From: Elusimicrobiota bacterium
GTDB taxonomy: Bacteria; Elusimicrobiota; Elusimicrobia; UBA1565
Direction of reading: 5' to 3'
NCBI GenBank assembly: GCA_043827405.1
Contig: JBDRPD010000054.1
Coordinates: 79,691-143,690, forward strand
DNA: 64,000 nt
Shown here: piece by piece, positions 1 to 8,885 of the stretch
Position numbering within the stretch: position 1 is the first letter of the stretch
Layout of the letters: every line of letters begins with the position of its first letter
Notes under the pieces: model-generated
Told to the model about the DNA's origin: nothing
Database searches by the model: none
Seen by the model: the letters and a program-made list of their open reading frames with translations, nothing else
Program-made: the position numbers and the translations under genes

Positions 1-1
1 G

Positions 2-1795
2 CGCTGGTTCGCCTATATCGATAAAAAGCTGCAGGGGCCGTATACGGCGCAAGAGCTTAAAGCGCTTCCCGGATTCGGCCCGGATACCGAGGTCACTTTA
101 TCCGACCACGAGGAATTTTGGCTGCCCGCCAAAAAGGATAAGGTCCTTAGTAAGCTGTTCGCGGCGCCGGCCGCCAGGAAGGAATGCCGAACCGCCGGGG
201 CGGACAAGCGATACGTCGTCTGCCCGCAATGCGGCGCCGGGATGGAGCTGGAGGCGGGTCGGCACCGGACGCATTGCGCCTACTGCGAGTCGCCGCTTAC
301 TTTCGAGAAAGGCAAGGGGACGGGGGGAGTGCTCGTCGCCGCCGACTGTCCTTCCTGCGGCGGCATGGTGCAGTATCCCGAAGACTCGCGCACCGCGCAC
401 TGCGCCTACTGCGACGCCTATCTCGTCATTCTGGGCAGCAACCGTCTTTACCGCTTCTACGCGCCGGCCCGCATTACGCGGGACCAGGCAGCGGCCGAAG
501 CGCGCGCAGGACTGCGCGGTTGGACGCCGGAGGATGTCGACAGCGCGCTGCAATTGAACTATGTCCCGTATTGGCGTTATCACGCCATGGTCTTCTACTG
601 GAACATCGGCCTCAAGACCCAGGATATCCCGGGCTTCCGTGCCGAGGACCTCAGCGGCGAGGAGATCCAGAGTATGGGCGGCCTGGTCCCCGGCAGCGGC
701 AAGATCAAGGAGCGGATGCGCGATTTTCGTTCGCGGCGGCTGGACCGCAGCATGCGCGCCGCGAGTGAGCCGCTGGGCTATCCTGGCGCGGGTGACCGCG
801 TGAGCCGCCTGCCGCTGCGGCCTTACAGCCGCGATGAGATGCTCCGAGACGGCGAGATCCTGCACGTCGTGGTCACGCGCGAAGAGGCCGAGAAGGCGAT
901 CGGCGTGACCGCCTATGAGGGGTTCAAGGACGATACGCTTATTCAGGAGTTGGAGCATGGAGCAATTCTTAATGGAAGGCTGTCGGTCGTCTACCTGCCG
1001 TTCTGGACGGTGGATGACGAGAAGGGCCGGCACCTGGTGCTGGATGGGATAGAAGGGCATGCGGTGAAGCCTTACGGCGCGTCCGCCGAACTGGCCGGGC
1101 GGCCGCCGGTGGAAGACGGCGCCGCGCCTCCCAAGTGCGTGCTGGCTCAGTGCGCCCGCTGCGGCGGCGAGCTGAAGATCCAGAACTTCCAAGTCTTGTT
1201 TCTCTGCCCCGACTGTCAGCGGGTATGGCGCATCGCGGGTGACCGTCTGGTCGAGCAGAGCTTCCGCCTGGTCGAGCCCGCCGCCAAGTATCGTGCTGGA
1301 CTAGCCGCGGGGCTCTACATGCCCGTATGGCGGCTGCGCGTCACGCTGAAATCCGGCGCGCGCGCGATCGCCGACCAGCAGGCGCTGCGCGAGCTGGTCC
1401 CGGACACCGTTTATACCCGGATAGCCAAGGACCCGGGCAAGCCCGTATATCTCTACATTCAGGGCTGGGGCAATATGGTCTACCCGCGGCTGAGCAAGGT
1501 GCCGCAGCGCTACACCCGCCGGCAGCCGGAACTGGAGTTCGCGGAGAAGGGCTCTTTCGGCGCGGTCGTGCGCGCGGTCTACGGGCCGGAAGGCGTGCGG
1601 CGCATGCCCATGCTGATGCTGCTCGGCGTCGCCCACCTGCGCAAAAGCGTCATCGAGACGCTGCGCGGCATGGAGATCGAGATAGCGGAGACGGAACTGC
1701 TCTTGATCCCCTGCGTCGAAAAGCACGGCCAGTACATCGAGAGCCTGCTGGGCATCGCCGTGGGCAAGCCGGAGTTCAGCGAAGCGCGGCGCTGA
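2..1795 (+). CDS. GYF_2/DUF4339-like N-terminus plus multiple CxxC zinc-ribbon protein (5' partial)
   Basis: The frame of ORF 242..1795 stays open back to base 2: RWFAYIDKKLQGPYTAQELKALPGFGPDTEV...FW (GYF_2-like), then CPQC, CAYC, CPSC, CAYC and later CARC, CPDC pairs. Confidence 0.7.
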   Translation, partial: RWFAYIDKKLQGPYTAQELKALPGFGPDTEVTLSDHEEFWLPAKKDKVLSKLFAAPAARKECRTAGADKRYVVCPQCGAGMELEAGRHRTHCAYCESPLTFEKGKGTGGVLVAADCPSCGGMVQYPEDSRTAHCAYCDAYLVILGSNRLYRFYAPARITRDQAAAEARAGLRGWTPEDVDSALQLNYVPYWRYHAMVFYWNIGLKTQDIPGFRAEDLSGEEIQSMGGLVPGSGKIKERMRDFRSRRLDRSMRAASEPLGYPGAGDRVSRLPLRPYSRDEMLRDGEILHVVVTREEAEKAIGVTAYEGFKDDTLIQELEHGAILNGRLSVVYLPFWTVDDEKGRHLVLDGIEGHAVKPYGASAELAGRPPVEDGAAPPKCVLAQCARCGGELKIQNFQVLFLCPDCQRVWRIAGDRLVEQSFRLVEPAAKYRAGLAAGLYMPVWRLRVTLKSGARAIADQQALRELVPDTVYTRIAKDPGKPVYLYIQGWGNMVYPRLSKVPQRYTRRQPELEFAEKGSFGAVVRAVYGPEGVRRMPMLMLLGVAHLRKSVIETLRGMEIEIAETELLLIPCVEKHGQYIESLLGIAVGKPEFSEARR

Positions 1796-1865
1796 CCGCT
1801 CGCGGGTAATTTTTTGGTATAGAGCCCTTGCCAAGAGGCCGCGCATCCCGCATGCTATTGATGTA

Positions 1866-3332
1866 ATGCGACCACCGAGAAGCATGCTCGTGAGCGCCGT
1901 TCTGCTTATCGCCGGTCCGGCATGCGCCGGCGGTTCCGATGTCGCTCTTATCACCGCGGCGCTGCATTTACGGCAAAGAACATACAACGCCGATCAGGTG
2001 GTCGAGGATATCGACAAGCAGGTGCTGCAGGACCTGTACACCGCACAGTCGGCCCAGGGCGTGCTGACCGATATTCACGTCGCGCTCAGCGGGATATCTC
2101 CCGACAGCACCCGCTATTTCGGGGGGCTGGGGCCGGAGCTGTTCGCCGCGCGGCAGAAAATCGAAGGGGGCGTCGGTGCTCTGGCCGGCGCGCCGGGCGA
2201 CTGCAAAACCGGCTCGCTCGCGCAATGGCAGCTCGCCGTCGACGGGCGCCGCCGCATACAGGATGCCGTGGCGCTCGCCGCCCGGGCGCGAACGCGGGTC
2301 CGGCGCTTGCAGGAGCTGGAGGAACGACTCGCGTCGCAGGTCAGCGAGCAGCGCCGCCGCGGCGATTCCCAGTTCGTCCGCCTGGAGCGTCTGCGGCAGG
2401 ACTATAAGCGGGCGATAGAGCGTATCGCCGCGCATCTCGACTCCGGGCTGGGTGCGGCGGCTCTGCGCGCGATAAATGTCGCCGGCAAGCCTGACTGCGC
2501 GGAGGCGAAAGAGCTTTATCGGATGTCCACAACCGCGGGCATCGGCGCCGGCCGCGGCGGGGCGCAAAACGGCGAAAGCGCCGCGGCGGGAACCGTCCCG
2601 GTATCCGCGGGCGGGGGCGTCTCCTCCGCTCTTTTGCCGCGCGCACCGACCGAGAGTTCCTGGGTCGACAATCGGGTGACGGGCGCGGTGAGTACGGGGA
2701 AGACGCTTTCGGCCCTGGAGGCCTACGAGAAAAACACCTACGGCTCCTCTTACCCCATCTTAAGCCGTGAGGATTGGGGCGCGCGGACGATGAAGCGGGC
2801 GCCGAAGAAGCATAACCCCAACCGCATGACCGTGCATCATACCGTGGGGCATCAGGCGATCAGCCGGGCGGACGCCGTGCGGAGCATAAAAGGCGCCCAG
2901 AACTTCCATATGGATACGCGCGGCTGGAACGATATCGGCTACCACTTCCTCGTCGACGGAGCCGGCCGCGTTTTTGAGGGCGTGCCGGTCGATGTCGTCG
3001 GCACCCATGTCGGCAACAATAATACCGGCAATATCGGCATGTCGCTGATGGGAAACTTCGAAGTGCAGAAGCCGACGACCGATCAGCTGGGCAGCCTCGA
3101 ACGCCTGGCGTCGTTTTTAACCGTTCGCTATCACATCGACGCCGCCAATAAGCTGCTGCCGCATCGGCACTATAATGCCACGGCATGTCCCGGACGCAAC
3201 GTGGTCGCCGTTCTCTCCTGGTTCCGGATGCAGGTGGCGCGGCGGGCCGGCGTCCTGTCCGGCCAGCTCCTGGCGCAGAGCGGTGCGGACGAGGGGTTTA
3301 TTCCCCTCGTTGTCGTCCAGCCCCGGACCTAG
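1866..3332 (+). CDS. Secreted N-acetylmuramoyl-L-alanine amidase (Amidase_2/PGRP-like) with N-terminal helical region
   Basis: Signal peptide; C-terminal SREDWGA, TVHHT, GWNDIGYHF, HRHYNATACPG (Zn ligands H/H/C). Confidence 0.85.
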   Translation: MRPPRSMLVSAVLLIAGPACAGGSDVALITAALHLRQRTYNADQVVEDIDKQVLQDLYTAQSAQGVLTDIHVALSGISPDSTRYFGGLGPELFAARQKIEGGVGALAGAPGDCKTGSLAQWQLAVDGRRRIQDAVALAARARTRVRRLQELEERLASQVSEQRRRGDSQFVRLERLRQDYKRAIERIAAHLDSGLGAAALRAINVAGKPDCAEAKELYRMSTTAGIGAGRGGAQNGESAAAGTVPVSAGGGVSSALLPRAPTESSWVDNRVTGAVSTGKTLSALEAYEKNTYGSSYPILSREDWGARTMKRAPKKHNPNRMTVHHTVGHQAISRADAVRSIKGAQNFHMDTRGWNDIGYHFLVDGAGRVFEGVPVDVVGTHVGNNNTGNIGMSLMGNFEVQKPTTDQLGSLERLASFLTVRYHIDAANKLLPHRHYNATACPGRNVVAVLSWFRMQVARRAGVLSGQLLAQSGADEGFIPLVVVQPRT

Positions 3333-3847
3333 CGCTCGATCGCCAGAATCTCGACTTCGAAGGTCAGGTCCTTCCCGGCATAGGGATGGTTGAAGTCGAG
3401 CGTCGCGCTGGCGCTCCCGACCGCGACCACCGCGGCCGACTCCAGGCGTCCGCCCTGCATGCCGTGGACCTTGCCGCCCGGCTTTAGGTGCTGCGCCTGT
3501 TCGCCGAAGCGCGCGAGCGGGACGCTGCGGACCGCGTCGGGATCGCGGAGGCCATAGCCGCTTAGCGCGGGGACCTGAACCGTCTTTTTCTCTCCGGGCC
3601 GCAGTCCGAGCAGGGCTTCGTCCAGTCCCGGCACCAAATCTCCCGCTCCCTGCACTACCGTCATCGGCTCGCGGCCGTGGGTTGTATCAACGGGCTTCCC
3701 GTCCGCCGCGGCCGAGAAGTGCAAGCGGACGGTCGAGCCCGGGTGAACCGCCCGTCTCGTTTGTCCGTACTTGATCAGAAACGCGGATGCCGCGGCGAAA
3801 AGGATCGCGCCGATGATCCAGGGCCATAGTGAGCGGCGAGTGGACAT
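3329..3847 (-). CDS. FKBP-type peptidyl-prolyl isomerase (SlyD/SlpA-like) with N-terminal membrane anchor
   Basis: GAGDLVPGLDEALLGL, YG, DFNHPYAGKDLTFEVEIL; start moved to ATG 3847 (MSTRRSLWPWIIGA) just after the upstream stop. Confidence 0.85.
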   Translation of the reverse strand: MSTRRSLWPWIIGAILFAAASAFLIKYGQTRRAVHPGSTVRLHFSAAADGKPVDTTHGREPMTVVQGAGDLVPGLDEALLGLRPGEKKTVQVPALSGYGLRDPDAVRSVPLARFGEQAQHLKPGGKVHGMQGGRLESAAVVAVGSASATLDFNHPYAGKDLTFEVEILAIER

Positions 3848-3849
3848 GG

Positions 3850-5004
3850 CTACTTCAGCTTCTCGACCGCGCCGAACTTCCGGTCGGGAGAGAAGATAGC
3901 GAAGATCTCGCGGTCCTCGGCGGTGAGTTCGCCCTTGACCAGCTTGACGAGATAGACTCCGAGGCCGGGGCCGAGCATGAGCCCCTGCCCGCACATACCG
4001 ACGGCCTGCAGGAAGCCTTCGGCTTCCCGCGACCAGCCGACGAGAGGTGAGCCGTCGGGCGACATCGGATAGAGTCCCCGCCAAGTGCGCCGGACCTTGA
4101 GGTTGGCGAGCTTGGGCATCAGGTCCACCATGCGCCGCGTGATCAGGGGCAGGAAGTCGGATGTTTCGCGGCGGTCGGTCCCCACCATGGGCGGGTCCGG
4201 GGTGACGCAGAAGATTACCTGGCCGGTGGTATGCTGGTAGAAGTAGTAGTTGGCGGAGCCGGGCGCCGGCCGGATGTCGACGACCATCGGTTGCAGGAAG
4301 CGCGCTACCGGTTCGGTCACGCCGGCTTCGTGAGAATCAGGGTTTACCGGGACGTCGACTCCCGCGAGCCGGGCGACCTCGCGGGCCGCGCCGCCGGCGG
4401 CGTTGATGACTATGGGCGCGCTGTAGGCGCCGGCGTCGGTCTTGACGCCGCGGACCTTGCCGCCCGCGACAAGAATTTCCGTTACTTTTTCACTGAAGCG
4501 GAATACCGCGCCCCGCTCCCCGGCGTGCCGGTAGAAGGCATGATTGAGCAGCAGCGGGGAGACATTGCCGTCGTCGGGAGAAAGCGTGCCGCCAAGGAGG
4601 CCGTCGGGGTTGAGACCCGGCACCGCGCGCAGGAGATCGTCGCGGTTGAGCCAGCGGATATTTAGGCCATGCTCGGTCTGCACCCTGAGGAGGTCCTTGA
4701 GGATGCGCTCCTCGCGTTCGCGGTAGGCGACGAAGGAGTAGCCTCCTTGGTACCATTCGATTTCGTCGCCGTAGGTTTCTTTCCAGGTCGACAAAATCTC
4801 CAGGCTCTTGAGACCGACGCGGATTTTGGCGATATCGGAATGGGTCGCACGGATGCCGCCGATGGCCGCCTTATTGGCGCCCTGGCCGACGCTGGGATAG
4901 GCGTCAAGCACTAAAGTCTTCAGGCCGGCCTCCGCCAGGTAGAAGGCGGCGGGGGTGCCGATGCTGCCGGCGCCGATAATGATAACGTCGAAAGTCTTAG
5001 CCAT
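3850..5004 (-). CDS. FAD-dependent amine/amino-acid oxidoreductase (DAO family; sarcosine oxidase beta / proline dehydrogenase beta-like)
   Basis: IIIGAGSIG Rossmann motif, INAAG, RTWRGLYPMSPDG, GMCGQGLMLGP. Confidence 0.88.
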   Translation of the reverse strand: MAKTFDVIIIGAGSIGTPAAFYLAEAGLKTLVLDAYPSVGQGANKAAIGGIRATHSDIAKIRVGLKSLEILSTWKETYGDEIEWYQGGYSFVAYREREERILKDLLRVQTEHGLNIRWLNRDDLLRAVPGLNPDGLLGGTLSPDDGNVSPLLLNHAFYRHAGERGAVFRFSEKVTEILVAGGKVRGVKTDAGAYSAPIVINAAGGAAREVARLAGVDVPVNPDSHEAGVTEPVARFLQPMVVDIRPAPGSANYYFYQHTTGQVIFCVTPDPPMVGTDRRETSDFLPLITRRMVDLMPKLANLKVRRTWRGLYPMSPDGSPLVGWSREAEGFLQAVGMCGQGLMLGPGLGVYLVKLVKGELTAEDREIFAIFSPDRKFGAVEKLK

Positions 5005-7094
5005 CAGCCTTCCTCAATCTTCGCTCCCGCAAGCACGCCCATGGGCACTTCGATGAACATCGGCCGGCCGACGTCCAAAGTTACCTCGTCGAGCGGGACG
5101 CCCTCCTGCCGGAACAGAAATTTGATTAGGCTGGCGCAGGTCTTGGCGCCGCAGGCCCCCATGCCGGCCCGGGTGATGGTCTTGATCTCGTTCATGTCGC
5201 GCACGCCGTCTTTGATCAGCTTGCGGATGTCGCCTGCCAGAACCCGTTCGCAGCGGCAGATGACGGTGTCATCGGTCAGGCGATTAACATAGGCTTCCAT
5301 CGGCACAGACACTTCCTGGCCTTGTACGCGGAGGCCGGCGATGCGCGCGGCGATGTCTTTGGGCGCCAGGAGCTTGACGAGCAGCGTGCGGTTGAGCTTT
5401 TTGGCGGCGATGACCTTAAGAACTTCGACTTCCCCGAGGTCCTTGCCGTCGATGTCGAGCACCTTGACCCGGTCTCCCTTCTCGATGCGGTCCTTGGGGA
5501 ACTCATGGGCTAAAGTAACGACGGGATGCTCGGGATCCTTTTTCGAGTCGACGAGCGTGATGGCGAGGCCGGGGCAGATCGTCACGCACTGGCAGCAGCC
5601 GGAGCAGCCTTTCTCGCTCTTGCCGCGCGCGAAGAGCGGCGTTCGGCGCAGGTCGCCCTCCATCTCGATAAGATGCTCCGGACAGACCGAGGTGCATGGA
5701 TTACAGGGAATCTCCTGCCGGCAGTGGAATATCGGCCGTACGCCTTCCGTTTTCTGCGGCAGCAGCTCCTCGGCGACGGGCCCCGGCTTGGACTTCAGAA
5801 TCTTCTCGGTCTCTACCCAGTCGGCGAGAATCTCGGTCGCGCTGCGCCCGAGGGCGCGGGCGATTTCCAGCCCTTTGATCTTGCCCGAGAACATCGCCGC
5901 CGAGGCCTCGGCGATTTCGTGGGCGTCTCCGGCGGAGTAGGCCTTGAGCCCGAACTTTACCGCTTTGCGGTAAAACTCGTCGACCGGGTCGAGGCCGACG
6001 GCGACTAAAATGGTATCGCAGGCGAAGGAGCGTTCGGTGCCGGGGACCGGCCGCCACTGGTCGTCGATTTTGGCGATCGTCACCGATTCCACGGAGTCTT
6101 CGCCGTTGGCGCTGAGCACGGTATGCGAGGTGTGGATCGGCACGCCGAAGCGGAGCAGCTTGTCTTCGTGGACTTTGTAGCCGCCGCAGCGAGGGAGCGC
6201 CTCGATCAGGCCGACTACCGCGAGCCCCGCCTGCAGGGCATGATAGCCGGCGATCAGGCCGACATTGCCGCCCCCGACGATGAACAGCTTCTCGGCCGGG
6301 CGCACCAGATCGCGATTCACCAAAGTCTGGAAGGCTCCCGCGCCGTAGACGCCGGGCAGGGTATTGCCTTTGAAGGCCAGGGACTTCTCGCGCGCTCCGG
6401 CAGCGACCAGCAGCGTCCGGGGAGCGACCAGCACGTATTCGGTGCCGCCGCGCAGCAGGCCGACTTTGCCGTCGCTGAAGACCGCGATAGCGGTGGTATT
6501 GAGCCAGCGTTCGACGCTCGGATGCGCCGCGACCTGCTTTTCGAGCAAGGTCGCGATATCGATGCCCCGCGTTCCCGCGTAGCAGGCGTCGATCGAGCCG
6601 AAAAACTTGTGCGTCTGCAGGACAAGCTTGCCGCCCAGGCGGTCCTTATCGTCGACGAGGAGCACTCCGGCCCCGGTCTTGCCGAGCTCGACCGCGGCGG
6701 AAAGCCCCGCCGGGCCGGCGCCGATGATCAGGCATTCTACCTCCAGTTTCCGGGTCGCATGAAATCCGTTCGGCGCTTTCATTTCCGGCAGTACGGGGTT
6801 GCCCTCCGCCGGTTCCACGCGCAGCCCTTCGCGGACGGGGAACATGCAGGACTTGACCGGCAGGTCGTCGGCCAGCACCATGCACTGCGAGCATTGGCCG
6901 TTGGCGCAGAAGATGCCCTGAGGCGAGCCGTCCTTGTGATGATGCCCGAAGATGCGGATGCCGTTGGCGAACAGCGCGGTGGACAGCATCTCGCCGTTTT
7001 TTGCGGAAAGCCGATCGCCGCGCCAGGTGAAGGTGACTTTTTCGCCTTCGGCAACGGCGAGTATGGGATGGGATTTAATCCGATGGTCGCTCAT
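5004..7094 (-). CDS. Multidomain flavoprotein: 2Fe-2S, FAD/NAD oxidoreductase, 4Fe-4S ferredoxin and BFD-like 2Fe-2S domains
   Basis: FCANGQCSQC; IIGAGPAGL; IVGGGNVG; CRQEIPCNPCTSVCP and CSGCCQCVTICP; CRCE...GMGACGAKTC; start set at ATG 7094 (MSDHRIKSHPIL). Confidence 0.85.
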   Translation of the reverse strand: MSDHRIKSHPILAVAEGEKVTFTWRGDRLSAKNGEMLSTALFANGIRIFGHHHKDGSPQGIFCANGQCSQCMVLADDLPVKSCMFPVREGLRVEPAEGNPVLPEMKAPNGFHATRKLEVECLIIGAGPAGLSAAVELGKTGAGVLLVDDKDRLGGKLVLQTHKFFGSIDACYAGTRGIDIATLLEKQVAAHPSVERWLNTTAIAVFSDGKVGLLRGGTEYVLVAPRTLLVAAGAREKSLAFKGNTLPGVYGAGAFQTLVNRDLVRPAEKLFIVGGGNVGLIAGYHALQAGLAVVGLIEALPRCGGYKVHEDKLLRFGVPIHTSHTVLSANGEDSVESVTIAKIDDQWRPVPGTERSFACDTILVAVGLDPVDEFYRKAVKFGLKAYSAGDAHEIAEASAAMFSGKIKGLEIARALGRSATEILADWVETEKILKSKPGPVAEELLPQKTEGVRPIFHCRQEIPCNPCTSVCPEHLIEMEGDLRRTPLFARGKSEKGCSGCCQCVTICPGLAITLVDSKKDPEHPVVTLAHEFPKDRIEKGDRVKVLDIDGKDLGEVEVLKVIAAKKLNRTLLVKLLAPKDIAARIAGLRVQGQEVSVPMEAYVNRLTDDTVICRCERVLAGDIRKLIKDGVRDMNEIKTITRAGMGACGAKTCASLIKFLFRQEGVPLDEVTLDVGRPMFIEVPMGVLAGAKIEEG

Positions 7095-7153
7095 GCTGTA
7101 AACGTCGACACGCAAAGGGTTCAGCCAGGAATTTTTACCATTTTTGCCGCGCG

Positions 7154-7996
7154 TCAGGCGCCCGGCTTGAAAAAGCCGAAACGCAGCGCCCGCTTGGGGC
7201 ATTTCGCGACGCAGATGCCGCAGGAGGTGCAGTCGGCGAGCCACGAGCTCTTTCCTTCGAGCAGGCCGTGGATCGACGGGCAGGGCGAGAGCTTAAGGCA
7301 GGCGGAGCAGTCCCGGCAGAGGCCTCTTTCCAGCCGCACACCGAGCAGGGCGAAGCGCTCCAGCACCCAGGACAGCAGGCCCACCGGGCAGATCAGGTAG
7401 CAGTAGGGACGGTAGTAGAACAGGCTGGCCCCCAGTATGCTCAAGAACAGCGCCACCAGGTGCGTCGTCGGCTTCCAATGGAACATCTCGAAGCCGTTGA
7501 AGTAGTCGTAGGTTATGGTGCCGAAGAAGAACAGGCCGATAAGGAATATCGCGAAGAGCGCGGTGCGTACGGCGTTGGTGATTCGGAAGGGGAGGTTTTT
7601 TAGTTTCTTGACACCCGGGATCATGAAGACCAGCTCCTGCAGGGCGCCCAGCGGACAGGCCCAGCCGCAGAAGAGCTTCTTGCCGATAAGGCTGAGCACG
7701 ATGATAACGCCGATCCCGGCGATCAGGGGAGGGGGATACTTCCCCTGCAGCCAGCCGAAGGCCATCAGCTTGGTGAGGGTGCACATTGGACTGGGGTGCA
7801 TGCCCAGCAGGCGGCCAAGCTCAGGGATGACCAGGCCGCCGAGTCCGCCAAGCAGTAATACAGAGCCGATCAGCGCGGTGATGCGTGCGGGTTTTTTGCT
7901 GCGGCGTGTGAGCAGGAGCGCTATTCCGAGCGCGGCGAGCAGAAAGAAGACGAGATGCTTGACCGAGAAGATCAGCGAGGCCCCGCTATGGTGCAT
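7154..7996 (-). CDS. Membrane 4Fe-4S binding protein (YccM/NapH-like)
   Basis: Several TM segments, FCGWACPLGALQE, YCYLICPVG, CRDCSAC..CP, CTSCGICVAKCP. Confidence 0.8.
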   Translation of the reverse strand: MHHSGASLIFSVKHLVFFLLAALGIALLLTRRSKKPARITALIGSVLLLGGLGGLVIPELGRLLGMHPSPMCTLTKLMAFGWLQGKYPPPLIAGIGVIIVLSLIGKKLFCGWACPLGALQELVFMIPGVKKLKNLPFRITNAVRTALFAIFLIGLFFFGTITYDYFNGFEMFHWKPTTHLVALFLSILGASLFYYRPYCYLICPVGLLSWVLERFALLGVRLERGLCRDCSACLKLSPCPSIHGLLEGKSSWLADCTSCGICVAKCPKRALRFGFFKPGA

Positions 7997-8066
7997 ATTC
8001 CCTCTATTTTTAGGATAGCATATCGCGGCGGCTAAGAATTTGTATCCTCAATACCGGTATTCGCTG

Positions 8067-8885
8067 ATGAAATACACCGTTCTTATACGCGCGGACGAAG
8101 ATTTCGACCGCAAGGTCCTCGCCCAGGCCTTGGCCGCCAGCCGCGGGGTGCCGGTAATCGATACTTTGCCGGCCGCCATGCGATGCTGGGGAATCGTCGA
8201 GGAGGATATCGAGCGCGCGGCCGCTGAAAAGCTCGCAGCGGAGCTGCGCGCGGCCGGCCTGGAGGCGTATGCCGCCGAGAGCGGCGCGCTCGTGAAGCTC
8301 CCCGCGGCGCTGCCGGTTAAATCTTTGGCGTTCACGGATGCGGGGCTCGATGCGGTATGCGAGCCGAGAGAAAAGTTCACTATTCTGCCGGACGAGGTCT
8401 CGCTGATCGCGGCGGCGATCATCCCGCATACGACGATACGGGAGACGGCGCAAGAGCAGAAGCCGGGCATGGCGCAGAAGCTGCAGAAAACCGCCCTCAA
8501 TCTCGCCGTTCCCGGACTCGGGCATGTGCTGGAGGCGGTCCGGCCCGGCGCGCAGGCGACGGTACGGAAGACCGGCGATGCGGGCCACCTCCTGTTTTTG
8601 GATATTTTCGTCGGCTCGCCGGGGAGGCGGCTCCGTTTCGACGGCAACCGGCTCCAGTACGGCTTTCTCGGCGATAAAATGGTGCACAGCACCCTGATCA
8701 ATTTTAACCTGTTCGTTAAGGGGCTGGTTAGGATGGCCGTTCGAGCCAAAAGCAATAAAGGCGCGCGCATTATTCAAAGCGGCCGGCCGGTGAGAGAGAT
8801 GGGATACGCGTCGATAGACGATATGGACCGTGAATCACGGTGTATCCTGACCGGCATCAAACAAACGAGTTCGGGTGAACCATGA
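8067..8885 (+). CDS. Hypothetical protein
   Basis: Protein-like composition, fills the gap, ATGA overlap with gpmI; start at ATG 8067 chosen. Confidence 0.65.
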   Translation: MKYTVLIRADEDFDRKVLAQALAASRGVPVIDTLPAAMRCWGIVEEDIERAAAEKLAAELRAAGLEAYAAESGALVKLPAALPVKSLAFTDAGLDAVCEPREKFTILPDEVSLIAAAIIPHTTIRETAQEQKPGMAQKLQKTALNLAVPGLGHVLEAVRPGAQATVRKTGDAGHLLFLDIFVGSPGRRLRFDGNRLQYGFLGDKMVHSTLINFNLFVKGLVRMAVRAKSNKGARIIQSGRPVREMGYASIDDMDRESRCILTGIKQTSSGEP

